From an uncultured Bacteroidales bacterium (GTDB lineage Bacteria > Bacteroidota > Bacteroidia > Bacteroidales > UBA932), in assembly GCA_945874155.1 (NCBI GenBank), contig CAMCFO010000003.1:8581-72580 (forward strand): a stretch of 64,000 nt of DNA. The letters run 5' to 3'. The position numbers and the translations under genes were made by a program. The notes under the pieces are model-generated. The model did no database searches. It was not told where the DNA came from and saw only the letters and a program-made list of their open reading frames with translations. This document shows, in pieces, positions 1 to 10,151 of this stretch (position 1 is its first letter; the number at the start of each line of letters is the position of its first letter).

Positions 1-1
1 C

Positions 2-592
2 GAATATCTGTGGGCAGAAGGGGCAAAGGTCGGCTACAAGCCTGGAGATGCCAAATTCTGGGACAAGGACGGCAACGGCAAAATAGACGAGAACGACAAG
101 ATGGCTCTCGGCAATCCTTTCCCTTGGCTCACCTACGGTCTCAACTTCAGCCTCGGCTGGAAAGGCATAGATCTCCAGCTCTTCTTCCAGGGAGTATATG
201 GCAATCAGATTTATAACGCCCTTAGAATCAGGACGGAAGGCACAGGTAATGAGGCTACTCTGAGCACGACTATGAGGGATGTCTGGACCACAGCCAATCC
301 CGAAGGCTCCATCCCGAATCCTTTCGGAAACCCAATCAACACGGAAACCAGCAGCCGTTTCGTCGAATCAGGTGCCTACCTCAGGCTCAAGAATCTCCAG
401 CTGGGATATACCTTCCCTAAGGAATGGACTCAGAAAATCAAGATGTCCAGATGCCGAATCTATCTTTCCGGAAGCAATCTCTTCACAGCCACCCGATACA
501 CGGGCTACGACCCTGAAGTCGGAGGCGGAGTGGACTACGGCAACTATCCTCAGTCAAGGACATTTATGGTGGGTCTGAATATCAATTTCTAA
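2..592 (+). CDS. susC: SusC-like TonB-dependent transporter, C-terminal part (gene starts before window)
   Basis: Frame open from base 2; motifs DKDGNGKIDEND, GNPFP..YGLN, SGAYLRLKNLQLGY, YPQSRTFMVGLNINF (terminal Phe); followed by SusD. Confidence 0.95.
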   Translation, partial: EYLWAEGAKVGYKPGDAKFWDKDGNGKIDENDKMALGNPFPWLTYGLNFSLGWKGIDLQLFFQGVYGNQIYNALRIRTEGTGNEATLSTTMRDVWTTANPEGSIPNPFGNPINTETSSRFVESGAYLRLKNLQLGYTFPKEWTQKIKMSRCRIYLSGSNLFTATRYTGYDPEVGGGVDYGNYPQSRTFMVGLNINF

Positions 593-603
593 AACGCAGA
601 ATT

Positions 604-2235
604 ATGAATTGCAGAAATATTATATTGGCCTCTGTTGCCATATTCACTCTGACTTCCTGTGCCGGATGGCTGTCCGAAGACGGGCCTATGACCAACAGGG
701 TGGAGGACTTCTTCACGAGCGAAGAAACTGCCGTTCAGGTCGTCAATGCAGCCTATACTCCTCTGATGTGGGAGTTCCAGAGCACCTACTATTCAGAATT
801 CTTCATCGGGGACATAATGTCCGACGATGCACTCAAAGGAGGCCAGAACATTGCCGATATGGCTGATGCCTACGACCTTGAGAATTTCAAGGCCATATCC
901 AACAATTCCCTCGTTCTGGATTATTACAGGGCAAATTTCCAGGGTATTGCACGCGCAAACCTGGCACTTGAGCAACTTCCGAAAATGGAAGACCTGGACC
1001 AGGCTCTCGCATCCAGGCTCACAGGAGAGGCAAGCTTCCTGCGTGCTCTCTATTACTTCCGTCTGGTGCGTCTTTTCGGAGGCGTCCCTATTTCAGAGTC
1101 CCCGATTTACAGTGCCGATGGATGGAAAATCCCACGCTCGACCGTGGACGAGGTGTACAGCCTGATAGTCTCAGACCTGGAAAATGCAGCCGGTAAACTC
1201 CCGCTCAAGAGCCAATATGCTCCCGAAGACCTGGGAAGGGCAACCAAGGGCGCTGCCGAAGCTATGCTCCTGAAAGTTTACCTCTATTGGGGAGACTGCA
1301 AACGCAATGGCGGAGACACAGCCGGGGCTGCCGAAAAATATTCTTCCGCAAAGACCTGGGGAGGCAAGTTCATCGCAAATGAGGCAGCTGAATACACCCT
1401 ATGCAGCGCATACAGGGACAACTTCACCCTCGACGGCGAAAATGGTCCCGAATCAGTCTTTGAGGTGCAGTATATGGCAGAAGGTACATCCGACTACGGA
1501 GAGGGCAACGGATTCTCCAGAGGAACTTTAGCGACCATTCTCCTGCGTTCCCGTTCTTCACACTTCTCCAACTCCGGTTGGGGATTCTGTCACCCGACCC
1601 AGAATCTCTATGACGAGTACGAGGCTGGAGACCCTCGCAGGGATGCCTCCATATTCACGCCTACTGACGAAGAAATCACGACTCAGGCTGAAGAACTATA
1701 TCTGGGAAACCGCTATCTCACACTCAAAAGAACCATTATGGAGGGCAGGGATTATCCCGCAATAGACCACGCAACCCGTTCCCCTGTCAACAGGATAGAA
1801 ATACGCCTTGCCGACGTCTATCTGCTCTATGCCGAGGCTTGCCTGAGGAACGACGATGCTTCGGAGGCCAAAACCTACCTCGAGAAAGTGCGTGACAGGG
1901 CCCGCGAAGGAGCCTCCATACTCCCGGCTTTTCCGGGCTACAAAGTGCCTGACTATCGCGATGGCTACGCTCTCAGACAATTGCAGGACAATGCTGAAGA
2001 CCTCGAACTGGCAATACGCCACGAACGCCGGGTGGAACTCGCAATGGAGAGCCACCGCTGGTACGACCTCTGCCGTTGGGGCATAGCAAAGGAGGTGATG
2101 GATGCCTATGCACAGACCGAGACAGACCTCGCAAAAGCCAATATGGGCACATTTGTCAAGGGCAAGCACGAACTTCTCCCCATTCCGGACGAGGAAGTAC
2201 GCCTGGGTTCTCTCGAACAGAATTTCGGCTGGTAA
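604..2235 (+). CDS. susD: SusD/RagB-family lipoprotein
   Basis: Lipobox LTSC; GEASFLRALYYFRLVRLFGGVP, RLADVYLLYAEA, IRHERRVELAMESHRWYDLCRWG. Confidence 0.95.
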   Translation: MNCRNIILASVAIFTLTSCAGWLSEDGPMTNRVEDFFTSEETAVQVVNAAYTPLMWEFQSTYYSEFFIGDIMSDDALKGGQNIADMADAYDLENFKAISNNSLVLDYYRANFQGIARANLALEQLPKMEDLDQALASRLTGEASFLRALYYFRLVRLFGGVPISESPIYSADGWKIPRSTVDEVYSLIVSDLENAAGKLPLKSQYAPEDLGRATKGAAEAMLLKVYLYWGDCKRNGGDTAGAAEKYSSAKTWGGKFIANEAAEYTLCSAYRDNFTLDGENGPESVFEVQYMAEGTSDYGEGNGFSRGTLATILLRSRSSHFSNSGWGFCHPTQNLYDEYEAGDPRRDASIFTPTDEEITTQAEELYLGNRYLTLKRTIMEGRDYPAIDHATRSPVNRIEIRLADVYLLYAEACLRNDDASEAKTYLEKVRDRAREGASILPAFPGYKVPDYRDGYALRQLQDNAEDLELAIRHERRVELAMESHRWYDLCRWGIAKEVMDAYAQTETDLAKANMGTFVKGKHELLPIPDEEVRLGSLEQNFGW

Positions 2236-2338
2236 TCAGGACTTTCTCTGCTGGCTTGGCCTTTATACTGAACTGATGAATCTGACAGGACAGAAATCTT
2301 TATACACATTATAATTAACCACTAAACACATCATTATT

Positions 2339-3115
2339 ATGAAAAAGAGTTATTTGGCAATTTTGGCAGTAGCTTCCATCTGCCTCCTCGCTTCTTGCAA
2401 GAAGGACAATCCTTCCACCGGAAACGGCGGACTTAAGGACGATGAAAACACAGAGAATCCGGGCGGTGAGAATCCGGGCGGTAACAATCCGGGCGACGAC
2501 ACCGACCTCCACGCTTCCCTCCAGGGTTCCGCTTACGTGACTGTAGCCCTCGACGCACAGTCCACCGAAGCAATCAAGAGCAAGATCAAGGCAAGCTACC
2601 AGGTGGACGACACCAATGTCTTCCTTTATGTTTGGGAAAATACCTATACCGCAGGCACGGCATCTGGTCTCAACTTCTATGGTGAGGCAGAAAGCTGGAC
2701 TTCACTCGTAGTGGGCAGCGTCGGCTGGTCAGGAGCTGGCTGGTTCGTTAAAACTCCTGAAACCATTCCTGCATTTGTAGAGAGTTCTTCCGACCTTGCA
2801 AACTGGAAATTCCACCTTGCCTACAAGGGCGCTGCAAAGGTTGCGCACATCGTCATCCTCACCTGGAACGGCAGCACCTACAAGTTCGCTATCGGAGAGG
2901 GCTCCCTCGAGGACAGCGGCACCAAATACGATGCCATCTCTCCTGTTGGCGGCACATTCAAGGCAGGCCTCTGGAACGAGTACGAAATTGCTCTCACGGA
3001 CACAGGTCTGAACTACACTCAGGCCGCAAAAGCCGACAATCTCGTGTCCATCCTCAGCGGCGGTGTTACAGGCACCACCCTTGATGTAGATGCCATGTTC
3101 TTCTACAAGAAATAA
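2339..3115 (+). CDS. PUL lipoprotein, probable surface glycan-binding protein
   Basis: Lipobox LASC-KKD, ENPGG-repeat linker, Trp-rich beta domain, position directly after susD; function inferred from context. Confidence 0.7.
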   Translation: MKKSYLAILAVASICLLASCKKDNPSTGNGGLKDDENTENPGGENPGGNNPGDDTDLHASLQGSAYVTVALDAQSTEAIKSKIKASYQVDDTNVFLYVWENTYTAGTASGLNFYGEAESWTSLVVGSVGWSGAGWFVKTPETIPAFVESSSDLANWKFHLAYKGAAKVAHIVILTWNGSTYKFAIGEGSLEDSGTKYDAISPVGGTFKAGLWNEYEIALTDTGLNYTQAAKADNLVSILSGGVTGTTLDVDAMFFYKK

Positions 3116-4155
3116 TGGCTTTCCAGATGCATAAGATGTACGCTCTTTTGCTCTTGTCCATTATGGTCCTTTCCTGCGAACCCATTCATATCGGGATTGA
3201 AGACCAAGACAACAAGGAGCCGGTTGAGAATCCGGGGAATCAGGACAATCCTGATACCCCGGGCGATTCCGGCAATCAGGACAATCCTGACAAGCCGGAT
3301 AATCCTTCCTCTCCTGCCGAAAACGGTTCAGGAGAAACAGAAGGTTACAAACTTGTGTGGGAGGACCTTTTCAATGGCAGCGTCCTTGACGAGTCCGTAT
3401 GGAACATCGAAGTCAACGGAGACGGCGGCGGCAATAACGAACTCCAATATTACCGTGCTGAAAACGTGTCCCTCGGCAAGGAACCGGGTTCAGGTCGCGG
3501 ATGCCTTATTCTGACAGCGAAAAAGGAAGGCTTCGGGGGCAAGAGTTTCACTTCAGGACGAATCAACTCCCGGAACAAGAAGTCCTTCAAGTACGGCAAA
3601 ATAGAATCCAGCATCAAGTTACCGACCACGGCCAATGGTCTTTGGCCGGCATTTTGGATGATGGGAAACAACTATGATTCAGTGGGTTGGCCTAAATGTG
3701 GTGAAATTGACATACTTGAAATGGGCAATGCTCAGGGCATTTCTTCCGGAACCCAGGACCGCTTTTTCAACGGAGCCTGCCATTGGGGCTACTACAAGGA
3801 AGTCTCTCCAGGCAATTGGGCATATCCCAACTATGCCAAGTCTTCCACCTGGTCCTACAGTCTCCAGGACGGAGAATTCCATCTATTCACACTCATCTGG
3901 GACAATGCTGCCGTCAAGATGTACGTGGACCTGGACAAATATCCTTCCTCATCCCCATACTACGAGATGGGCATAACCTCCAGGGAAGATGACTGGGGCA
4001 CCGGATATTATTTCAACCACGACTTCTTCATCCTCTTCAACCTTGCAGTCGGAGGGCACTTTACAGGCATTTTCGACCCGGGGGCAATATCTGCACTCGC
4101 TTCGGGTGAGGCTCGGATGTATGTGGACTATGTGAAAGTATATCAGAAACTTTAG
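3115..4155 (+). CDS. GH16 beta-1,3-glucanase (laminarinase-type) lipoprotein
   Basis: WPAFWMMG and GEIDILE catalytic motif, GGGNNELQYY, FFILFNLAVGG; lipobox VLSC; start may be a later Met. Confidence 0.92.
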   Translation: MAFQMHKMYALLLLSIMVLSCEPIHIGIEDQDNKEPVENPGNQDNPDTPGDSGNQDNPDKPDNPSSPAENGSGETEGYKLVWEDLFNGSVLDESVWNIEVNGDGGGNNELQYYRAENVSLGKEPGSGRGCLILTAKKEGFGGKSFTSGRINSRNKKSFKYGKIESSIKLPTTANGLWPAFWMMGNNYDSVGWPKCGEIDILEMGNAQGISSGTQDRFFNGACHWGYYKEVSPGNWAYPNYAKSSTWSYSLQDGEFHLFTLIWDNAAVKMYVDLDKYPSSSPYYEMGITSREDDWGTGYYFNHDFFILFNLAVGGHFTGIFDPGAISALASGEARMYVDYVKVYQKL

Positions 4156-4164
4156 TATTATTAT

Positions 4165-5436
4165 ATGAAACTTTCCAGACAGCTGATTCTGCTTCTTGCA
4201 ATTCTCTCTTTCTCTGCCTGTCAGAAGGAAGTGGGCCCGGACACCGATACTCCGACCGGGTACGAATCCCTTCAGAGCAAGAGCGAGAAAAGGGGAGTGG
4301 CTTTCAACTTCTCCCAGCTCCCGGACATAGACATTCCCAATCTGGGGCCGGCCTGCAGCTGGTCCTACAACTGGGGCGTCAATCTTTCTACCGAAGCATC
4401 CGCTCTCTTTGCCCAATACGGAATGGATTACTGTCCTATGGCCTGGAACGCCAACTGGAATGAGGATACGTTCAGGGCCTTCAAGAAGGCGCACCCGGAG
4501 TGCAAGTATCTGCTTGCTTACAACGAGCCCAATCTCACGGACCAGGCCAATATGGTGCCGGCAACAGCAGCCGAAGACTGGGGACGACTGGTGGCCATAG
4601 CCAGGGAGCTCGACCTTAAACTCATCGCTCCCGCAATGAACTACGGCACACTCGAGGGTTACCACGACCCTTGGAAATGGTATGACGAATTCTTCGCCAT
4701 AGAAGGAGTCAGCTGGGACGACGTGGACGGAATAGCCCTGCATTGCTATATGGGTTCGGCTGGAGGAGTAAAGCAATTCCTCGACGGCTTTAAGAAATAT
4801 GGCAAACCGCTGTGGCTCACCGAGTTCTGCAACTGGAGCAGCAACAATGTCTCCGCAGACGCCCAGATGAAGTATATGGTCGAGACCATCAATATGCTCG
4901 AAGCCGACCCGGATGTATTCCGCTATGCCTGGTTCATCCCGAGAGGCCACGGAGAGAGCCAGTGCCACAACTCCCTGCTCGGCTCCAAATCCCCGTTTGC
5001 TCTCACCGACCTCGGTAAAGTATTCGTGAATATGTCCACCCAGGACAAGAGTCTTTGGTATAAGGCCGGCACAGTCATTCCTGCGGAGCATTACAACTCC
5101 TGCACAGGTGCCATACACCTTGCTCCAACCGACGATTCTGTGGGAGTGCTTTCGCTCACCGACCTGAAGAAAGACACAGCGGTGGACTATCAGATAGAAA
5201 TCCCGGAAGATGCGACCTACACCCTTACGCTGAGGTTCAGCACCTATTTCGAGACTGCTCTCAGGGTAAGTCTCGACGGAAGCAGCCTCGGTCTTGCAGA
5301 CCTTCCGAACACAGACTACAAGTGGGACATTTTCAAGGTGGACCTTCCTTTGTCCAAAGGCAGGCATACGCTCTCCCTTTCCGGGACCACAGCCTTCCCC
5401 GTGTCTTTGAACTACTTGTCAATCAATAAACTATAA
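4165..5436 (+). CDS. GH128-like beta-1,3-glucanase lipoprotein with C-terminal CBM-like beta-sandwich
   Basis: Lipobox FSAC; KRGVA, WSYNWG, LAYNEPN, ALHCY, PLWLTEF motifs typical of GH128 (Glyco_hydro_cc). Confidence 0.82.
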   Translation: MKLSRQLILLLAILSFSACQKEVGPDTDTPTGYESLQSKSEKRGVAFNFSQLPDIDIPNLGPACSWSYNWGVNLSTEASALFAQYGMDYCPMAWNANWNEDTFRAFKKAHPECKYLLAYNEPNLTDQANMVPATAAEDWGRLVAIARELDLKLIAPAMNYGTLEGYHDPWKWYDEFFAIEGVSWDDVDGIALHCYMGSAGGVKQFLDGFKKYGKPLWLTEFCNWSSNNVSADAQMKYMVETINMLEADPDVFRYAWFIPRGHGESQCHNSLLGSKSPFALTDLGKVFVNMSTQDKSLWYKAGTVIPAEHYNSCTGAIHLAPTDDSVGVLSLTDLKKDTAVDYQIEIPEDATYTLTLRFSTYFETALRVSLDGSSLGLADLPNTDYKWDIFKVDLPLSKGRHTLSLSGTTAFPVSLNYLSINKL

Positions 5437-5447
5437 ATCTCACACTT

Positions 5448-5633
5448 ATGGAGAACAAAATAAATTCAATAATCAATAAGATTGCCTACAATTCTCCCGA
5501 CTTATATTGTAAAGAACTGAAGGTAGAAGGCAGTATGGCAGTCACTTCCGGTACGACTGAATGGTATAAACAGGGTGGTCAGGGCAACTTTACCTACACT
5601 GTCGAAGACGATACAAATACAAGCTGGAAATAA
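5448..5633 (+). CDS. Small 61-aa peptide with YxSP motif preceding a fimbrillin-like lipoprotein
   Basis: ORF fills the gap between GH128 and the 827-aa gene; MENK..AYNSPDL..ELKVEGSMAVTS pattern resembles the peptides at 12161 and 60222. Confidence 0.65.
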   Translation: MENKINSIINKIAYNSPDLYCKELKVEGSMAVTSGTTEWYKQGGQGNFTYTVEDDTNTSWK

Positions 5634-5652
5634 TCTTAAATTGAACTGAACT

Positions 5653-8136
5653 ATGAAATTCAATATAAACAAATTACTCGCAGTGCTTGTTGTGGCATCT
5701 CTTGGAGTTGCCTGCAACAAGGAGCAGCTGCAGGATGAAATCCCTTCTTCCGGCAACGGTACCGTGCAGGTGGTGGTGTCGATAGACAATGGTACCAGGT
5801 CGTTTTCTGATGCTGAAGGTGTCAAGTGGGAAGTCGGCGACCAGATCAAGTATGCCGGCGGAGTGGAACTGACCTCCGAGCCTTTGACAGCTGAGCAGAT
5901 TACTGAGAACGGTTATAAGGCATCTTTCACATTTGACGCATCTTTGATTAAAGCGGACAGAACAGGCTGGTTCTGCTCGACCAAATGCCATCCGACGAAC
6001 TACACCGAAGTTGAGTTTACCCTGGGAACAGACAACGGCAACCTGTTTACCCAGGATGAGGCCGGACAGATGAATTCCCGTTATCTCTTCCTGCATAGCG
6101 GCACCGGAAAGGTAAACATCACTAAGGGTGTGGCTCCTGAGGTGAAGATGGAAATAGCCGGAACTATTTTCAGGGTAATCCCATATACAACGAAGTACAA
6201 CGATGAGAAAATCCTTTCTGTGAAATTGTCTTCCAATACCAAACTGGTGGGAACGGTTTCTTATGACAGGGGTGGCAAAACTTATACCGGAGTAACAGAA
6301 TTGCTTGACGGAGCTGGCTATAAATCATACGATTTTGTCAAAGCAAATCTCGGTACTCCTTTCTCACTGAATGGCATCACAAGTGCAGAAACCAGCAAGG
6401 GCATATACTTCGCTGTTGCTGCAACTCCGGAAGATAAACCTCTCGATGGCTACAAATACGAGGTTGAAACCGACAAGGCGAACTATGTCTTTGATGCAAT
6501 GATCGAAAAACCTGCGGTCGGCAACAATTTTGTCAAGAATGTTTATCTGAATTTGGACAAGGCCACCTCTCGTGTCGAAGGAGAAACCGGACTACTGAAA
6601 TACGATGGTGCGCTTACACTTACTACAATCCCGGCCGCTGGAGCTTCGAATCTTGATGCCGGCTACTGGCAGGCTTCCACTTCCACTGATGGAGGTTCTT
6701 CCTGGACTAAAAGAATCAATGTCGAAAATGCCGCATTCTATTCATCCGTTAAATTCTCTTATGCTGATGTCAAAACAGGCGATCCAGTGGATTGGATTTC
6801 AGTGGTTTACGGCGCAGGCGACCTTTGTCACTGGATGGTTACAGCTAAGGAAAATACCGGTAAGGAGCGTTCTGTGAAAGTAACAGCGACTTATTCAGAT
6901 GTTAAGGGCTATAAGATTATCGAAGGGAGCAAGACCAAGGAGTGGACATTCACCCAGACTGCTGCCGGTGGAAAGAAAATAGTGGAGTATGCATCTGTTT
7001 CTCTGCCGGCTTCCCGGGAGTTCGAAGGAGCAGCCCAGAATGATGTCAATGTGGGATACTGTCTGCTGAAAATTGATGGTTTTGAAAAGAGAGACTGGGC
7101 TGATGCAAACAGTGTTTACGCTCGTTCTCACTTTGCATACATCAGTGAAGACCATTATGCTACAAAGAATTACACTACGGATGTGGATTGGCTCAGCTGC
7201 CATTATGCAAACAATGGCACAGCAATTACTGACTGCGTATGGTTTGTCAGCGCAACCGAAAACACTACAGGTGCACCAAGAACAGCTTATGTGGTTTGTG
7301 TCTTCCCTGAGGATGACGGATATCAATTCCCGGAACCTCGTGCATTGAAGATAACCCAGAAAGCCAATACTATTGTCGTTGCTGAATTCAGCGGCTTCCC
7401 GACAAAGGCAGTTGAGGCAGACGGTGCCACTGTCACAGGTAAACTGAACCTGACAATCAACGGTGAGAATCAAACTGATGTAGCCGCTGCGATTCGGACC
7501 TATGGTCTGAACCTCAGCGCAGACAAGGGGGCAAGCGCAAGTGTCGATGCAGACGGAACAGTGACTGTTGTAATTCCAAAAAATCCTTACAACAACGGCG
7601 GAATCACCTATACTGTAAGTCTGAAGAAAAAAGACGGTTCAGTCGCTGCAAAAGTTGAAATTGCCCAGGCAACTGGAGAGGGAGAAGCGGTAACCCCTTC
7701 ACATACATTTGAATACACTATTTTCAATAACAAAGAGGATGGATCAAAGAATACAGGCTTCGGCAAAGCTGCCGGTTCTGTAGGTGATTATTACAGGATT
7801 GAAAATGTTACAATTGATGGTACCAAATATAATTCGGGGGACGATTTGAGGAATCTTGTTGAAAATACTGAACTGATGTCAGAATTGAAAGCGAAGATTT
7901 TCAGTTTCGGTGAAATTACTAAAGAAGATGTTCAGGTGCCGGATACAGATCCATTGACGACAGATCCTGAATCCTTTGTTGAACTGCAGGCCTGGACAGA
8001 CGGCGGAGCAGCAATTTATTTCAGAATTGTATTCCTCAATGCAAACACTACCGGAGTCAGAAGAACTTTCAAGATTATCACAAAAGACCCTGCAGGTACG
8101 GTGACTTCGACAATAGTCTATTTCCAGAATTCATAA
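5653..8136 (+). CDS. Large surface lipoprotein, fimbrillin/Mfa-like N-terminus, probable BACON-like repeats
   Basis: Lipobox GVAC-NKE, TRSF..WEVGDQI N-terminal pattern, DW(I/L)S...ENTTGAPRTA.V repeated beta modules. Confidence 0.7.
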   Translation: MKFNINKLLAVLVVASLGVACNKEQLQDEIPSSGNGTVQVVVSIDNGTRSFSDAEGVKWEVGDQIKYAGGVELTSEPLTAEQITENGYKASFTFDASLIKADRTGWFCSTKCHPTNYTEVEFTLGTDNGNLFTQDEAGQMNSRYLFLHSGTGKVNITKGVAPEVKMEIAGTIFRVIPYTTKYNDEKILSVKLSSNTKLVGTVSYDRGGKTYTGVTELLDGAGYKSYDFVKANLGTPFSLNGITSAETSKGIYFAVAATPEDKPLDGYKYEVETDKANYVFDAMIEKPAVGNNFVKNVYLNLDKATSRVEGETGLLKYDGALTLTTIPAAGASNLDAGYWQASTSTDGGSSWTKRINVENAAFYSSVKFSYADVKTGDPVDWISVVYGAGDLCHWMVTAKENTGKERSVKVTATYSDVKGYKIIEGSKTKEWTFTQTAAGGKKIVEYASVSLPASREFEGAAQNDVNVGYCLLKIDGFEKRDWADANSVYARSHFAYISEDHYATKNYTTDVDWLSCHYANNGTAITDCVWFVSATENTTGAPRTAYVVCVFPEDDGYQFPEPRALKITQKANTIVVAEFSGFPTKAVEADGATVTGKLNLTINGENQTDVAAAIRTYGLNLSADKGASASVDADGTVTVVIPKNPYNNGGITYTVSLKKKDGSVAAKVEIAQATGEGEAVTPSHTFEYTIFNNKEDGSKNTGFGKAAGSVGDYYRIENVTIDGTKYNSGDDLRNLVENTELMSELKAKIFSFGEITKEDVQVPDTDPLTTDPESFVELQAWTDGGAAIYFRIVFLNANTTGVRRTFKIITKDPAGTVTSTIVYFQNS

Positions 8137-8170
8137 GTCAGAGTTTTATTCCAATTACTCAGACTTGATT

Positions 8171-8215
8171 ATCAGAAAGGGGGGGGGATGACCAATGGCT
8201 ATCCCCCTGATTTTA
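8171..8215 (+). terminator. Probable intrinsic terminator between convergent genes
   Basis: tcag..GGGGG..at / at..CCCCC.tga imperfect hairpin followed by T-run. Confidence 0.5.
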
Positions 8216-8247
8216 TAAACCCCTCAAGTCTGTCTACTTTGAATATG

Positions 8248-9636
8248 CTATTTCTCAATACCTTGCTTTAACTCTTCTATCTTGGCAACAGCATACATCG
8301 GACAAATACGAACATGTCTTACTTCGCCATTGGCTTCATTATCTACATAATCGAACTTTCCAAAATTCTCCATTGAGCATCTAATAGCATAATGAAGCTT
8401 TCTATCACGCATAAATGACCATAGACTCTTCATTCCGCCTTGTTTGTCTGCTTTAACTTCAACAGGAACAACCACCTGCAAATAACTGGATATGTAATCT
8501 ACCTCTGCCTGAGAATTTTTAGCATGTCTTACCCAATAGTATAGATCGTGGCGGATGTTCGGACTCATATGATGTAGCATCTCAAGTCCTACTACCAATT
8601 CTGCCATAGGCCCCTTATTTACCAAATCAGCTGCGCTTGCAGTCAGAATTTGTGTGGTAAGTTCTGATATATCGCCTAAAGACATATTCAATAAGCGAAG
8701 CAATAGCCCTGGATCAAGTAGTAGCATCTTTTGATATGACTCGTCCCTTTCGCTACCTAATGGCAAACCGTTAGCATCCGTGTGTGTTACAGGATGTAAA
8801 ATACCAGCAAGAGTAAGTAATTCTACAGCCTTTTGCACTTCTGCCGTCTTATACCCTGGACCCACCTTTGAGTATACAAACTTTTTAGTGGCTTGAACAG
8901 CTGCACTTCGTAGTGTCTGGCGCAGCAATACAGGATCTACATTTTTCTTGTACTTTGGGAAATCATCTTCATATGTAACAACAATGTCATCTTGAACTTC
9001 TTGACATCTTACATAATCGTGATACTCAACCCAAGTCTTGACAGCTTCAGGCATTCCTCCGACGAGCATATATGTACGAAGATATTCCACTAATTTGTCA
9101 TGTAATGGTTCAGGGAGAGGATTGTCTATTGAAGCTTGATTACGGGCTTCAATGAGTAGTTGCTGTCCGTTTGCTTCAAGGAATTCATCAAAGGTCATTG
9201 GATACATGAACATTGAGTGTATTCTTCCGACTCCGAATGTGGGAAGTTCTTTTAATGCAAACTCAAGGAGAGAACCAGCAGCAATGACATGAAGTTCCGG
9301 CATATCCTCTTTGAAAAAGCGTAAAGCCATAATAGCCTGAGGACACTCCTGAATTTCATCAAGGAATAGAAGTGTTTGACCTGGCTTAATAGATGTTCCA
9401 TGCATTGCGGCTATTTGTGGTACAATACGCTTAACATCCAAGTCATCTTTGAATAGAGCCTTGTATTTAGGCTGCTTTTCAAAGTTTATCTCAACAAAAG
9501 TATCAAACTTTTTAGATAGCTCTTGAACAGCAGTAGATTTTCCAACCTGTCTGGCACCTCTAAGCAACAATGGTTTGTGGATATCTCTTGATGCCCACTC
9601 CGATAGATATTTGTCGATAATTCTTGTGCAATACAT
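8248..9636 (-). CDS. AAA_14 ATPase with DUF4143 C-terminal domain
   Basis: Walker A LRGARQVGKS, Walker B LFLDEIQ, AAGSLL, MYPMTFDEFL, C-terminal EVDY..PVEVK. Confidence 0.9.
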   Translation of the reverse strand: MYCTRIIDKYLSEWASRDIHKPLLLRGARQVGKSTAVQELSKKFDTFVEINFEKQPKYKALFKDDLDVKRIVPQIAAMHGTSIKPGQTLLFLDEIQECPQAIMALRFFKEDMPELHVIAAGSLLEFALKELPTFGVGRIHSMFMYPMTFDEFLEANGQQLLIEARNQASIDNPLPEPLHDKLVEYLRTYMLVGGMPEAVKTWVEYHDYVRCQEVQDDIVVTYEDDFPKYKKNVDPVLLRQTLRSAAVQATKKFVYSKVGPGYKTAEVQKAVELLTLAGILHPVTHTDANGLPLGSERDESYQKMLLLDPGLLLRLLNMSLGDISELTTQILTASAADLVNKGPMAELVVGLEMLHHMSPNIRHDLYYWVRHAKNSQAEVDYISSYLQVVVPVEVKADKQGGMKSLWSFMRDRKLHYAIRCSMENFGKFDYVDNEANGEVRHVRICPMYAVAKIEELKQGIEK

Positions 9637-9697
9637 ATTAAGTGAACATTAAAAATATGCTTTGTTTAGGTCTGCAAAAATAGCAAATCGAAATTAT

Positions 9698-9777
9698 CCA
9701 AACAAATAAATTGCCTAAAAATGCAAAAATCCAAAGAAATAAATGGGCTGTTTCTGTAAAAACCCAAAGAAATAAAT
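9698..9777. repeat. Three direct repeats CCAAA(C/G)AAATAAAT at exact 33-bp period over the ATPase promoter
   Basis: Copies start 9698, 9731, 9764; minus-strand -7 TATTTTTG at 9675-9682, and the -33 TTTG lies inside the first repeat. Confidence 0.8.
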
Positions 9778-9878
9778 CTTAAGTAAGTGATCATACGAAG
9801 TGCAGTTTTGTAGTCCTTCTCTGTCATGATTCCTTTGCTTTTATCATGATGCGAAGGTCGGATTTATACTTAAATTTC

Positions 9879-9993
9879 ACTGCACTCTTGATTCCATTTT
9901 TACTGCATCGCTGATTCCGATTTTACTGTATTACTGATTCCTTTTTCACTGCACTCACGTTGCCAATTTCACTGTATTAGTTGATTCTGTTTA
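9879..9993. repeat. Five degenerate 23-bp tandem repeats (ACTGYA....GATTC..TTT)
   Basis: ACTG starts at 9879, 9902, 9925, 9948, 9971. Confidence 0.85.
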
Positions 9994-10151
9994 CAGCGGC
10001 ATCACATCCACCATCTTGAAGACTTGGAAGAGCAGATGGAACGATAGCGTCCCATCTCCGAATCAGCGAAAGTGGATCAGACCTGAGACTCTTGTTGTTC
10101 CGCTTTCGGTCTTATCGGGTACATTTGGACTGCTGATATCACCTCGCAGGA

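Noticed and set aside
3949-5367. 472-aa minus-strand ORF and the many other long antisense or overlapping ORFs in the track (e.g. 30510-31526, 31550-32623, 41922-42965, 52886-53818, 54660-55610)
   Set aside because: Shadow frames of well-supported genes with no recognisable motifs
8179-8187. G9 tract as a phase-variation site
   Set aside because: It lies after a stop codon as one arm of a terminator-like hairpin, with no ORF or promoter to switch
9666-9827. 53-aa minus-strand ORF with 11-aa repeats as a real protein
   Set aside because: The repeats follow trivially from the 33-bp DNA period and the ORF overlaps the ATPase promoter; kept only as a possible gene stub
9879-9993. 23-bp array (and 45848-45960 repeats) as a CRISPR array
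   Set aside because: Contiguous degenerate units, no unique spacers of CRISPR length, no cas genes
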